64,000 nt of DNA from Octopus sinensis (lineage: Eukaryota), in the NCBI RefSeq assembly GCF_006345805.1, contig NC_042997.1:26784001-26848000 (forward strand), in the 5' to 3' direction. This document shows positions 12,931 through 26,485 of the stretch, piece after piece. The notes beneath the pieces were generated by a model. It was not told the origin of the DNA and did not search any database. It was given only the letters and a program-made list of their open reading frames with translations. Within the stretch, counting starts at the first letter, position 1, and each line of letters begins with the position of its first letter. The position numbers and the translations under genes are program-made.

Positions 12931-13492
12931 AGTTTACCTACCAATTACAATCAAATACACAGCCTTCGCATTAGGAATACATGACGTGAGTTCAAATTTT
13001 AACTATATAATATCAGCCGAAAGTCATGAAGCTTAAAGAAAAGATCTAACCTCTTAAAGCTACCTTACTACTTGAAGAGTATTTTATACACCCGGAAAGA
13101 AGGAAATAAAGTCGATTTTGGTTGGATTTGATCTACGAACGTTAGGATATATAACTACATGCCGTAGATCATGTCGATTCATTGATGCTGCTGATCAGTT
13201 ATATTCTTTGAGATAAATGAATTATCAATCACGTGACTATATCGTATAAACGTTTCTGTTGAGATTTCTATTTATGTATTATTTTCTCCGTTTGATTGTG
13301 TTAGTGGCTTTATAATTTGACTCAAGCTACTTCCTATAATCGTTTTTACATTTCTCAGCCATTATGACTTTTATTTTATGTATGTGTATATGTATGTGCG
13401 TATGCATGTATTTACGTATGTATGTAACATATAAAAGAGAGAGAGATATAAAGACAGATAGATATAGATGTGTGTGTATGTATGTGTGTGTG

Positions 13493-13568
<76 letters not shown>

Positions 13569-13591
13569 TACACTTGTTTATAAATTCTCAG

Positions 13592-13631
<40 letters not shown>

Positions 13632-14210
13632 CAGATCTTGACGAGGTATTTGCAGAATATAATACTATGATTGTGTGTAAGATAACACCAAGTGGTATCA
13701 TAAGTGCTACTTACATAGGATTAACTCCTCTCTCTCACTTAAAACGTAACATAATTTAATAAACTATAAGTAAATCCTTTAGCAGCAGGAAATGTCTTTA
13801 GTTACTTATTTTAAGATAACACTCAGTTCTCCTTAGAGCTATTTGATGTTAAATACGTTATTAGCGACTAAAGAAGAAATGGTATACGAATTCGGAATAA
13901 GAAAGTATACAGTATTTAGCTGAGAGTAACGTTAATCCATTTGAAACTGTTAGAACGTCTTCACAGATTTGAATTAATATTTTGAATATCTGTTAGAGCA
14001 TTAAGTTGCTAAAATAATAAAGTTTTGTATCATGTAATTTTAACTCCGTGTTCAAATCTATGTACAGGTGAATTTGCTTTACACTCTGTTGAGTTCTGTA
14101 CCAGAATGTTTATAAAATACTGAAGAGGCGTCAATCAATTCCATTTCTGCTCTGCTCTGCTGAAGATTTTTATTTTCAGCCCTTGATAGAGACTATTTTC
14201 ATTTTACTAG

Positions 14211-14269
14211 ATTGCTATGTTACCACGAGGGACAACATCATCTGGCTCACTCCCTTTAGAGGATTAGAG
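14211..14269 (+). CDS. Candidate internal exon (59 nt), unidentified protein
   Basis: ttttcattttactag|...GAG|gtaaat. One open frame: xCYVTTRDNIIWLTPFRGLE. No homolog recognised. Confidence 0.3.
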
Positions 14270-14575
14270 GTAAATTGGGTCTAAGAAAACTAACGCCAGG
14301 CAACAACAATTACGAAAACGTCTTGAAATCTTTTATCAAGTCGAAGTCAACATGGTAACCTATCGTTCGATTCAATGGAATCCCAACTTTCTGTTATCAT
14401 TTTTTAAATTTCTTTTATTCTCTTTGCTTTTCAATAATGCTAAACTTATTTTCGACAGGTCGGAAATTCCATATTTTGCAGCTTTAAAGGAATAGGACTA
14501 TCTCTGTTAGTTCACTTACTGTGATTATTTACAACAGAAATGAACGATCATCCGGTTGCTATTGTCGCAGCTTAC

Positions 14576-14625
14576 CTGTCTCAGACATGGGCCAATGAGT
14601 CTAATTTTACCTTCCAACTGGGCTC
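14576..14625 (-). CDS. Candidate internal exon (50 nt), unidentified protein
   Basis: Minus strand atctttttgctcag|GAGCC...AGACAG|gtaagc, with strong acceptor and donor. One open frame: xAQLEGKIRLIGPCLRQ. Confidence 0.3.
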
Positions 14626-14652
14626 CTGAGCAAAAAGATACATAGTTGCGTA

Positions 14653-15039
14653 TGGAGGTGGAAGCACTCCGTCGGTTACGACGACGAGGGTTCCGGTTGA
14701 TCCGATCAACGGAACAGCCTGCTCGAGAAATTAACGTGTAAGTGGCTGAGCACTCCACAGACACGTGTACCCTTAACGTAGTTCTCGGGGATATTCAGCG
14801 TGGCACAGAGAGTGACAAGGCCGGCCCTTTGAAATACAGGTACAACAGAAACAGGAAATAAGAGTGAGAGAAAGTTGTGGTGAAAGAGTACAGTAGCGAT
14901 CACCACCACCCCTGCCAGAGCCTCGTGGAGCTTTAGGTGTTTTCGCTCAATAAACATTCACAACGCCCGGTCTGGGAATTGAAACCGCGATCCTACGACC
15001 GCGAGTCCGCTGCCCTAACCACTGGGCCATTGCGCCTCC
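14653..15039 (-). mobile_element. Full-length tRNA-derived SINE family B (OR-like) with 13-bp TSD
   Basis: Head (rc) ggaggcgcaatggcccagtggttagggcagcggactcgcggtcgtaggatcgcggtttcaattccc. TSD acatagttgc(g/a)ta at 14640-14652 and 15040-15052. Confidence 0.92.
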
Positions 15040-15959
15040 ACATAGTTGCATATTCAGCTTAAGAGTAATGAGTGCAGGCAAACTGATGGACCGATTCCGC
15101 TGCATCTTCTTTTTCTATGTGTGTTGTTCATTATCACTTTACCGAATATCTAGCCGAGATGACATTAATCTATTCTCGTTATAGCAGGAATACGGTGTGA
15201 TAAAGTTAATACATTAGACATAAGTCATCCTCTAAAGCTCTCGGCTAAAATATAATTAAACAATTTTGCCGTGATTAAGGGATAGGATTTCTAATCGGAA
15301 GTACAATGCTGAAACCATATAAGGAAGCCTCTACTTTGCATGTACATATTTTATCATCCATTGCATGATTTAAAAGCAAAGAAATAAAGTCGACTAACGT
15401 TTTATTGATCATCTTAATTTTGAATATTATTGCTTCTGTCATCACTAATCTTATGTGATATAAACAAAAGAATTGAAACATTATTTAATATTCTATCGTT
15501 CATAAAGAACATTAACAGCAAAAGTGGAATTGATCAGAATCAAGCGAGAATCGAAACAGGTTCGAAACTACATTTTATATTTTAATTTCATATACCAGCG
15601 GTTTGTCAATGTGATTTCAGTTCACACAGTATCAAGGTATAGTTTTTATTTATATATTTAACATAGAAGACGAAAAAATTATTTATTTCTATGTATCTAT
15701 CAATTATTAAACAATATAAACTGTGACTACATTGCCTGTCGTCACATGTATCCAGTGAATGCGACAGTCCACTTAAAGATAGTATTATAGAAGTCAGTTA
15801 TTTAACAGCGGTCTTTGTATATTATTATAATTTACTTTCATGTACAATACATTAAACGAAATCCGAGTTGTAGAATTAAAGGTTTTTGTGTACATAGAAA
15901 TATAATAGTCACTCTTAAATACTCATGAGAGATATTTTCTTATATATGTATGTATATAT

Positions 15960-15990
<31 letters not shown>

Positions 15991-16409
15991 TTTGTATGTA
16001 TATTTGATGTATATAAATATTTGTGTATGTATATTTATGTGTGAGAGAGAGAGTTTATATTCACATATATACTGATACGAATATAAATATTACGAGAAAC
16101 AGATGTGGAGAGAGATGCAAGGGAGAGAGACGGAACTGGGGCATGAATGAAATAGAGACATAGCCATGTGGAGACAGAGATAGACGGAGAATGAGTGAAA
16201 ACAACTTTGCAAATAGACATATTCCAATAAATGTCCAGTTTTTCACACGCGCATGCTTTTATCTTGAAACGGAGTACATTAATTTTATATTAATGTTTAT
16301 ACAAACTGTGATATAATGTAGCTGCATATACAATAACACATACATATATACATACATATATACATATATACATATATATATATATATAATATATATATAT
16401 ATATATGTA

Positions 16410-16453
<44 letters not shown>

Positions 16454-16491
16454 ATATATACATGCATGTATATATGTATATATGTATATAC

Positions 16492-16610
<119 letters not shown>

Positions 16611-17763
16611 GGATATATATGGAGTACGATTATCAGAGCAACAGAAAAAATGAAGGGAGCGTGAAAGAGAACGAGAGAGAGAGCGAGAGAAAGAAAGAGT
16701 GAGCGAGAGAAGTTGGAAGGGAGTAAGAATAGGGGGGAGGGTGCAACAGGGAAATAGAAATCAGTAGTTTATAAAATGCGTGAAGTCGTTACACATGTAT
16801 TAAACAAAATTTCTGCAATAAATGGCAGATACGGTACGTTGAGATTTGTCTCATTAAATATTTCTTCCGATAAGAAAAACAGAGAAAAGGAAGGAATACT
16901 ACCAACCTCAAAATCAAGTATGCAGCGGGACCAATATTGTATTCTTAGAAATACTTTGCAAGACATATGGGGGAATAAATCGATTAAGTTCGAGAGAAGT
17001 TATGTCTTTAATAGTGACTGTTTAGAGCAGAAATAAATAATGGATACTAAATATTGAAGTCTGAAGAGAATATTAGCCTGAAATTGATGCCTTTTACAAA
17101 CGATTAATGCTTATTTGCGAGCTTTATATGAGTAATACGCAATCTATATTAATATTGGGTATTCGTGTTCTGTCAGTGTGGAGCTGGTTGTAACAGAGAG
17201 AAAATTACCCAATGGTAACAATTATTGAGTTGCATGTTCAGCCCATAACCGATTGATGTTTCAGTTGTGTCATTTGTTTTCTATTAATCTGAATGACATA
17301 TTGTTATTGGTGTTGTGTAACCTTATAATAGCACTGATTGATCAAATATATGATCAAAAGAACTGCTAGACATGACCATCGTATCATTTGATTAAGATAC
17401 ACTATACATACTTCCTGATGTCTTCGGGTAGTATAAATAGAAGTGGGATTTACCCTGTGTGCTTAGTTTTAAAGTTTGGCGTTCAGATGCGCGTGATGAA
17501 TGTCGGTTCATCATGAATACCATGGAATTCTCGCTTACGGAATTCTTCTCCAACTATTTACAGCAGGGTGTGTTTCATTAAACTAGATGATTATATTAAA
17601 CTGGGATCTGAAATGTAACTAACATCAGACATATGACGTTCTAGCTAATTTCTTTATTCTTTTGTTTTCGATTTTGAAATCGTTTTAGAATGGTACCATA
17701 GTGTTTATTTTAAAATTCTTATTTATTTCATTATCTAGAAAGAAAGAAAGAAAGATAGATAGA

Positions 17764-17811
<48 letters not shown>

Positions 17812-17814
17812 TAG

Positions 17815-17936
<122 letters not shown>

Positions 17937-19166
17937 TATAGATAGGTAAACAGACATATACTTTAACAATGGAAACGCAGCTAAACCGTTATACAAAAAA
18001 ATAACCTAAAATACCCGAAATCTACGATCCTTCCACGAAATATAAAATTTACAAATAGATAAAGAAAATTAAATTAAAATTAAAGAAAGATAAACGACTC
18101 TTGCGGCTGCTAATAATTTTATTGAAAATGGATATGGGTAAGTCTAAAAGAAAACGGAATGTATGTTAAATATCTGAGCTGAGGTCTTAAAACGATTAAC
18201 ATTTTTTTGACTAATAGTGTAATTTTGTTAGAGTGTATTTGTAATATTTATATCTTCATATCGATCTGTTTGATCTTTGATCGCCATCAGGTGATTTATT
18301 CGTAAAATTTAGATTGAATCCAGTACGGTACTATGTTTACATCCATGAATATGAAACATGAAGATGATGATCGGAAATCAAACTGCTCAGAGCAGGGTGT
18401 AAATATAAATATTGCAGATAAAAAAAAAATTATAAAAGATGAACTTATTGATCTGGAAAATGATAATCTTAGTAAATCGAATATTTGTATTTTCATAATG
18501 TTGAAAAGAAAACTCTAACTTGTTGAAAGAATACTGCAGATGGCGAATTTATTTTAAACTGTGACTTTGTAAACGTTCTACACTGTCAATAGACACACGA
18601 AAAAAATAAAAGTTGTAAGCATATTTAGACGTATTTCACCCAACTGCAAAACGCCTAAGAAAATCTTATCTTAGCATTAAAAGTAGACATTTATCGATCT
18701 TAAAGATCAATACATTATAGGGAAAACATGAGGAAATGCTTCTGCAGCTTTTCAACAAATAATATTTTTCTTATATATATCCATCTTCTTCCGTGGGTAT
18801 TTATTTTTATATGAGCTATTCGTATCTATTTATATAACTATTTTAACAATGAATCTGACGTACATCTGTTGAAACCTGGTTAATGAAATGTGTTTTTAAT
18901 ACTCTAGATTTCAGGATTCCCAATTTCTTTAAACTGTTACTTATTCGCTGTTTGGATGGCGTATCATAAATGTTATCATACTCATTTCACTTCTATTACA
19001 ATCCATTACTTGTGATACGAAGTTTATTACAACTACGGAAAGAGTGGGAGCGAGTATTATTATTATGTTTTTATATCCTAGACAAGTGTAATGATGGCAT
19101 CTGCAAAAGAGCTTGGAGATTCGTTATATTATATATATATATATATATGTGTGTGTATGTGCGTGC

Positions 19167-19219
<53 letters not shown>

Positions 19220-19222
<3 letters not shown>

Positions 19223-19702
19223 GAGATCTGATCAATAAGTATCTGGACTGTTGCTATAATAACGAAGCTGAAGTAGACACAGTGAAGCCACTTGGCAAAG
19301 ATTGACCTTGAACTCTGCTGTGTATGCGCACTAAGATTTAACGTTCTAACTCACTTCCGCTGTCTACAGCAGTGCTTGGAAGGGAGGTGTGTAGCGTGTA
19401 ATTGTCGCATTGATCATGACGAAGTTGTCATGGCGACACCTGCTTAGAGGCCGACGCAACGTTGCATAAAGTGAATGGAGAGAAGTGTATGAGCCGCACA
19501 CAAGTGTGCGAGTGGTCCAGACGTTTCCAGGGGAGCCGAAAATATGTCGATATTGGCAAATGTAAACAGCGGAAGTGAGCTAGAACGCTAAAACTTGGTG
19601 CACATCGACAGCAGACTTCAATTTCATTCTGCGCCGTGCGGTTTCACATTACGTGCTTTAGCTTCAAAACTATGGCTACAGTCCGGATACTTATTGATCA
19701 GA

Positions 19703-19704
<2 letters not shown>
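19220..19704 (+). mobile_element. mariner-derived MITE with TIRs and an internal HTH remnant
   Basis: TIR tctgatcaataagtatctggactg / cagtccggatacttattgatcaga, plus subterminal inverted repeats. Internal LHKVNGEKCMSRTQVCEWSRRFQG resembles the mariner N-terminal HTH. Confidence 0.85.
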
Positions 19705-19743
<39 letters not shown>

Positions 19744-19929
19744 TACATATATATATACGTTTATATATTTGTTTTGCAAGATTGTGAAATCGTGTATTGA
19801 ATCAGGTATTGTTGTATTTAGGAATGGTCACTTTGCCAGTTTAGCCAATAAGAACACACGCACTATTTCTTTGGTGTTACTTTGCTTCAGCGTTATTCAT
19901 CTTTTACATTTATCTTAATCTTATTTCGG

Positions 19930-19969
19930 CCAGGGTTCTTTCGTCACACTCCTGTGACCTCATCAGTGG
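19930..19969 (-). ncRNA. Hammerhead-like motif in the left pLTR
   Basis: rc: cca-CTGATGA-g-GTCAC-aggagt-GTGAC-GAAA-gaac-cc-tgg. U16.1 appears changed to C. Confidence 0.5.
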
Positions 19970-20854
19970 TCTTTTACTTTCTTCTTTCTTATTTTGTGTC
20001 TCTCCTTACTAACGGTCAGCCATTTTGTATTTTGTATTCCTATTGTTTGTGTCTTCATTTGTGCATGCGTATACCTCTATGCGTGTCTATGCTTAGTTAG
20101 TGTTTGTGGGGTGGGGGTAGTGCCTGTAATATTTGTATCTCCTGTTTATATACGTTCGTGTAATTTTTTTTGTTTTTGTTTTTGTTTATTTTTATTTAGT
20201 TCATGTGTTTACATCTAGTTATTATTATTATTTTTTATTTTTATTATTATTTCTAATGTATATAGTTATTCACTTCCATTTGTTTATTTATCTGTGTATT
20301 TTATTTTATTATATTACTATGTTTTTAGTCTTGTTCATATTGTTACCAGTTTATGGGGATCTTCTTCTGTCATATACTGTGGCGTGTGCTAGTGTTGCAT
20401 TTCAGTTTCCTATTCAGGCTAGGTTTATCTTCTATTATGTGTGTAGCTTCCGTAATTTGTTGTGTCTGTTCTATGTGTGGACAAGATTTTAACTTTTATG
20501 TTGTTGATTGAGCCCCCGTGTTCTTGCTCGGCGTGTTGGTACAGAACCGATGAGTTCTTTTCTTCCTTATGTTCTCTCCAATGTCCATTTACCCGCTCTC
20601 CTATGCTCCGGGCCGTTTACCCTACGTATGTCGTCGTCTTGTTACTGCATCGTCCCTCTATACATCTTATACTATATGTAGTCTATAGTATATATATAGT
20701 CTATTGCACCCCCACACACACACTAACTAAACATAGACACGCATAGAGGTATACGCATGCGCAAATGAAGACACAAACAATAGGAATACAAAATACAAAA
20801 TGGCTGACCGTTAGTAAGGAGAGACACAAAAATTAGAAAGAAGAAAGTAAAAGA

Positions 20855-20894
20855 CCACTGATGAGGTCACAGGAGTATGACGAAAGAACTCTGG
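20855..20894 (+). ncRNA. Hammerhead-like motif in the right (inverted) pLTR
   Basis: cca-CTGATGA-g-GTCA-caggagta-TGAC-GAAA-gaac-TC-tgg. Intact CUGAUGA/GAAA/UH core and stem I cca/tgg. Confidence 0.6.
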
Positions 20895-21029
20895 CGGAAA
20901 TAAGATTAAGATTAATGTAAAAAATGAATAACGCTGAAGCAAAGTAACACCAAATAAATAGTGCGTGTGTTTTTAATGGCTAAACTGGCAAAATGGTTAT
21001 TTCTAAATACAACAATATACATATATATA

Positions 21030-21086
<57 letters not shown>

Positions 21087-21101
21087 GTATATATATGTAT
21101 A

Positions 21102-21173
<72 letters not shown>

Positions 21174-21397
21174 ATTATTCTTGTATAAGAATAAGAAATT
21201 TGTACTCGACCAGAGTATAGAGTAAACTATCAGATCAATGTAAAATTGCTTTTATTATAACTGAAAAACAAACTAAGATATAAAATTAGGTATAGTTGAT
21301 ATCTTTTCGTTGTTTACTACTTTGTAGAGTAATATTTTAGTCGTATTGCTTCCAAGCAACTTCTGCACATTATTCAGTAACAATTTTGAATTATAAC

Positions 21398-21399
<2 letters not shown>

Positions 21400-21478
<79 letters not shown>

Positions 21479-21504
21479 TTTATTATCATTATTATTATTA
21501 TTTT

Positions 21505-21535
<31 letters not shown>

Positions 21536-21622
21536 TATATTATTATATTATTATTATTATTATTATTATTAATATTATTATATTATTATTATTATTATTA
21601 TTATTATCATTATTATTATTAT
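21400..21622. repeat. (TTA)n microsatellite, probably the tail or target of the adjacent LINE
   Basis: Visible trinucleotide run abutting the RLE-LINE 3' end. Confidence 0.9.
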
Positions 21623-22120
21623 TTAGCTGGTACATTCTAATTTAATTAAGCTTAATGACAATTCTCCAAAATATCAAGAACTTTCCTTTGAATTCTTGCA
21701 GAATAATACGATCGTACTTTTCTGCTGGTCAAGAATGCGATATTCAATTCCAATACCTTTCTGTCTTTTAGGTAGCATTTTGGGTGTTGTGCCATCTGCA
21801 CCATTTACCACAGGAATCATTGTTGCTTTAGTTTCTCATAGCCTCTTCAACTGACTGGTTAGATCCTAATATTTCTCAGTTGTTTTTCAATATCTTTCAT
21901 ATCGACTCTGCTACATAAGGACACTGCAAGATCTGTGATCTGATATTGTTTGTCTACGTTGTGCTCTACATTAATTATCTGAACATCGTGCTTCAGTAAT
22001 ATGGGAATTCAATCTTAATGGGAGGTCCCACAAAATCTTTCAGTTCTTACTTTCTATCACAGTTTCTGTTTCGTGATCATATCACATTTCTGTAGTTTTG
22101 AAGTCGCACACTCGGCTAAC
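21623..22120 (-). mobile_element. R4/Dong-like non-LTR retrotransposon 3' fragment (RLE domain), decayed
   Basis: rc peptides YDHETETVIESKN*KILWDLP, TEKY*DLTSQLKRL*ETKATMIPVVNGADGTTPK match the WYEHEP..KILWDF..EKY.DL..E.KRLW...V.P.V.GALG pattern. Confidence 0.7.
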
Positions 22121-22329
22121 ATTCAAATTCACTTTTTTCTGGCTGAACGTAAGCACACTGGACAAAATATTTAGCGGTATTTCTTGCGCTTTTACATTCT
22201 TCCATGGTCGAATATGCTTTCATCCATTCGAGGTTGATGAAATACATGCCACTCAAGCAAGTCATATCTAAAAAGTGACTGAAAAAGTAGGAAAGTTGGA
22301 AGAGGAAAGGTAAAACAACAGAACAAACA

Positions 22330-22660
22330 AAAAGAAAGAAAATTAATCACATGATCAATTCATACAACAAACCGTGAATGCTGGAAATAATGAACGCTAG
22401 TTTCAGCTGATGTACGGGGACTAGAAACGAAAAGCAGAAACGTTAGTTATCGCTGCTCAGGAAAAGTACATTAGAAAAAAATCTGATAAAAGCAAGGATC
22501 ATCAAAGCGTAAGTAGACAGCAAACACGGAACGTGCTGGAAAAGAGGTCAAAGGTATCAATCACATCTTGAATGGGTTCAGTATACAAGTACAAAATGGG
22601 CAAAAGCGCAGGCAAGAAAAAGAGCGCATTTCGATGGTAGCGAGTGTGTTACTTCACAAT
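22330..22660 (+). mobile_element. R4/Dong-like fragment (pre-zinc-knuckle region), opposite orientation
   Basis: HDQFIQQTV...GD*KRKAETLVIAAQE...NLIKARI...DSK...INHILNG resembles HGQF..GDLK.ETE.LI.AAQ...IKA.I...DSKCR.C...I.HI.SGC. Confidence 0.6.
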
Positions 22661-23743
22661 AGCAACACAATGGCATGAATACGAACCCGATGTTGTGACA
22701 GAAAATGAGCATTACATACATACATGCATACGTACGTATATACATACATACATAATACATACATACACACAAGCATACATACATAGAGGTATTTCGTCCG
22801 TCTTTTCATTGTGACCTAAGATGCAGCCAAGTCTGACTTAACCATTCATCCCTTCGTGAACGATAAAATATGTACCCGTTGAGCACTGGGGTCGATGTAA
22901 CTTAACCCTCCCCTAAAATTGCTGGCCTTGTACCTATTGTAGAAAATATTATTATATTTGTTTTTTTTATTATTATTTTAAGGCAACATAATGCCAGAGA
23001 CGGTAGAACTGCGGAATAAAATGTAGATAGCGGTTAGTTTCTGTCCCCAAGTTAACATTTCGCCCGAGTGAAGCATGCTTTCTACACCTCCGGTATGGAT
23101 GAAATAACAAATAAATAAATAGTGGGAACAATTGAATCGACTAGACTACATTAAGAGGATACATGCAGCTTTGTGCTTTATACAAGAAAGCACGATGATT
23201 ATTATTATCTTTCTCCACCCGATTTTCTTTCATCCCCATCAACGTTATCATATGTTGTTATCTTTGTTCTGTTTTTGTTAAGATACTGAACGCGATGCAT
23301 TTGGTCAATAAGCCTTAGTTGATTAACTATATATATATTATTTTTTCTTTCTTCATTGCAACATTAACAATTGTTAAGCAGTTTCTGCAGAAGTTAAAGC
23401 AGAGGAAGTGTTCATTGAAATGGAAATATTCAAAGAATATGCAATGAATAAGCTATTTTTTTCATACTCGCTAACATTTTATTGTCATTTTTTCGTCACT
23501 ATACTTTAATGTATAGAATAACTGCAGACAAAGTGATCTTCATGAAATTGTTTAGATGACATAAACCAAAAAAATAATAAAATTAGACTTTCTACAGCAT
23601 GTTCCGGAGAATCATGACTATAACCCATTAAATCTTCAATAATAATTCTCTGCGAAAGCATATTTTTTATCACATGTATGTATGTATGTATACACACACA
23701 CGTACGCAATTTATATGCATATATATATATATATATATATATA

Positions 23744-23940
23744 TACGAAGGAAAGTCAAAAATTATTTGCACTTTTGCCGTAACATAACTTTATTATTGT
23801 CAAACTGCCTTCTGCACATGCGTGCTTATAGTTGGTACTATTGGGGTCACGTGATCGAAGCTTGACCCTGATCGAGCGATTACATCTGCCAGGCCTTTCG
23901 CGCACCTTTAAAACCAGGACCTTCTCAGCACCCCTTAATA
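23744..23940. mobile_element. mariner-type TIR remnants
   Basis: tacgaaggaaagtcaaaaattatttgcac at 23744 and aaaaccaggaccttctcagcacccctta near 23910-23938. The latter is similar to the TIR at 51813-51844. Confidence 0.4.
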
Positions 23941-24049
23941 CTGTTATCAAAGATCCTGGAGATACCAGATTTTGTAAATGTCTGAATTTTATTTGGTGCA
24001 TGAAATTGCAGATTTCCACAGTATTGTTGGCGGTTTTATTTTCCAAGGC

Positions 24050-24440
24050 TGTTGAAATCCAAATCCTCGAACAACTAGCCCACTCCAGCCCCTCTCTGAG
24101 AAGACACCTAGCAAATAAACGGGCAAGGGACAGCAATCAAAGTACACTAGCTAACTACTCCATCCGTGACACAGATTTATGCCAACGGGTAAATGTGGTG
24201 TATAGAATACAATGTAACAAATGCAACAAGTTCTCTGTGGGTAGCACAAGACAGTTACACATTCGCATCAAAGTACATCTGAACACGAGAGACTCCTCCT
24301 ACAGAAAACATCTAGACAGACGCCGAACACCGACAAAAGCATAACAGTCATAATTATGGCCAATGAAAGAAATTTGGGTAATCTAAGAATTAAGGAAGCT
24401 ATCCTCATGGACAGACGAGGAGCCCAAATTAACAACAGGT
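24050..24440 (+). mobile_element. Penelope-like GIY-YIG endonuclease fragment
   Basis: NVVYRIQCNKCNKFSVGSTRQLHIRIKVHL within ORF 23832-24344, then in a shifted frame IMANERNLGNLRIKEAILMDRRGAQINNR. Confidence 0.8.
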
Positions 24441-24733
24441 TGATAATCAATATAATGTTTAGCTACATCTGAATGCGTGTAAGTTCATTTTTAATTACAT
24501 GCTTATGAATTATAAAAGAATAAGAAAAGAAACTCCACGTATAATACATAACTTAAAAGCAACACTGCGGATGTTCCAACACACACGAGCTTGAGACATG
24601 GCCGCCCTCACGCACTTCTCACGGGGAATTCCGGAAGGAGCTTCGTGAGACCACTGCAGAGAGGCTTCCGGGAAAAAGAGATTCAGTAACCGTTGAAAAA
24701 CCGATTATAGCAGTGATTCGATCAATTCCTAGC

Positions 24734-24775
24734 GATTTCTGAAGAAGGAATTTTTATATTCCGAAATTTTATTAT
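24734..24775 (+). ncRNA. Hammerhead-like core downstream of the Penelope ORF
   Basis: CTGAAGA-a-GGAAT-ttttat-ATTCC-GAAA. Stems I and III are not clearly intact. Confidence 0.45.
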
Positions 24776-25009
24776 TATATCAGACAATGGATAATTAAAT
24801 TATAACAGTTATTATTATTGTCCACTCTGCATTGTTGTGCCTTTCAAGACACGTTATATTTTACAGATTTCATTGTGTTAAATATTTCACTTGTACTTTT
24901 GATTTTTGCACTATGCAAGAAGTATTGCATGTTGCAATATTAACATCTAATTGCAACTCCTGTCGAGGAGAGTGATATTATGGTTTATCAATAAAAGTTG
25001 CAGTAGTAG

Positions 25010-25220
25010 GCAGCGAGCTGGTAGAGTGTTTAGCACGCTGTGTAAAATGCTTAGCGGCATTTCGTCTGTCTTTACGTTCTGAGTTCAAATTCTTCCGATT
25101 TTGCCTTTCTATTTTATTCCTTCGGGGTCGATAAAATAAATACCAGTTGAACACCGGGATCGACGTAATTGACGTATCCCCTACCCCAAAATTGCTGGCC
25201 TTGTGCCAAAATGTGAAAGA
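25010..25220 (+). mobile_element. SINE family C
   Basis: ggcagcgagctggtagagtgttagcacgc...gagttcaaat...ccttcggggtcgataaaataaataccag...cccaaaattgctggccttgtgcc. Confidence 0.85.
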
Positions 25221-26454
25221 ATTATTAGTTGCAGTACTAATGGTAGAGTAGAGTAGTGGATTGACAGAATTGTTAGAACGTTGTAAAAATACGTTAAGCT
25301 ATTTGTTCGGGTAGATTCCATTCCAAGTTCAATATCCGTCAGATGCAATTATGACTTTCATTTTCACTGGGTCGATGATATAAAGTACCAGTCAAGCGTT
25401 GAAATCGATGTACTCGACTATTCCTCTCCCATCAATTTGCTAGCCCTGCGCCTAAATAAGAAATGAACAAATATTTATCGTATTTGTAGTTATAATTCAA
25501 TATATTATATCTATGGAAAATGCTTATAAAAAATCGAAGAGTAGGCATATATAAATTTCCTAACTTTCAGAAAAGACATACTGAATTTGAAAATATTAGA
25601 CTGCAATCTTAATCATAATATTTTTTACTATAGATTCATGCTATTGTGTTATGAGAAACCGAATGAGTTGACATAAAAGATAGAATTCACGGAATATTTC
25701 TAGTTGAGTCATTTGTGACGTGTGTTAGAACAATCTCACTAGAGCATCAATGTTTTATAATTCACGTTCAATCGTTTCGCAACAGCGGTACGATGCAGTT
25801 TTAATCCCCTCATTTTAGAACTTAAATCGCATGAATGTAATATTTTCCTTTCACTTGCCTGACATTATACGACAAATTACTAGCAATGTATTGCTCTTGA
25901 TTCAACGTAAAGCTTTTATTTGCAGTTATCGAAACAAAATAATATTCAGTCACATGCCAGTGGAAGAAAATTCTATGTATTTGTGGGACCTCCTGGGTTA
26001 CCTGCTTTAAAATGACGTACCATATCTTGTTATAAACTAAAAGAAATATTGAGTTGCATCCAATTCTACAAAATTACGTATCTGAATAATGGTGAAATAG
26101 CAGATACAACTTATGTATTCCGTCCATAAATACTACGAGGGTTCATTCATTTTGGTTTGTCTCGGCCCATTAGATCCAATATCTACAAAATAATATATTC
26201 AGTCAGTTATTATGTCATCTACACAATTAGCTACGTGCGTAATAATCAACTTGAAATAAATCCCTATTCTAAAGATGAGCCAAATTAGAAGAGAATGTGA
26301 TGGAAACTATGGAAAGAACGGATTGAATGCTTCACAAAATGAAATTCCGTCCTATTTCATTTCGCGGTCGAAATTCATTGATGCTAATTTTCTCTTTCAT
26401 CTTCCACTTGTCCATTGAAAGAAGTACACGTATATATATATATCTGTATGTGTG

Positions 26455-26485
<31 letters not shown>

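Larger units (their letters stand above)
19806..21017 (-). mobile_element. 5'-truncated Penelope-like element bracketed by inverted pseudo-LTRs of about 310 bp
   Basis: 19806-20120 is the reverse complement of 20706-21017. The spacer (20461-20682, minus strand) reads TTYSIRCIEGRCSNKTTTYVG*TARSIGERVNGHWREHKEEKNSSVLYQHAEQEHGGSINNIKVKILSTH, a GIY-YIG domain. Confidence 0.85.

Noticed and set aside
17062-17090. CTGAAGA...GAAA spacing resembling a hammerhead
   Set aside because: No stem II, I or III pairing.
18333-18518. 61-aa charged ORF (MKHEDDDRKSN...)
   Set aside because: No homology recognised, weak splice signals, composition explained by A-richness.
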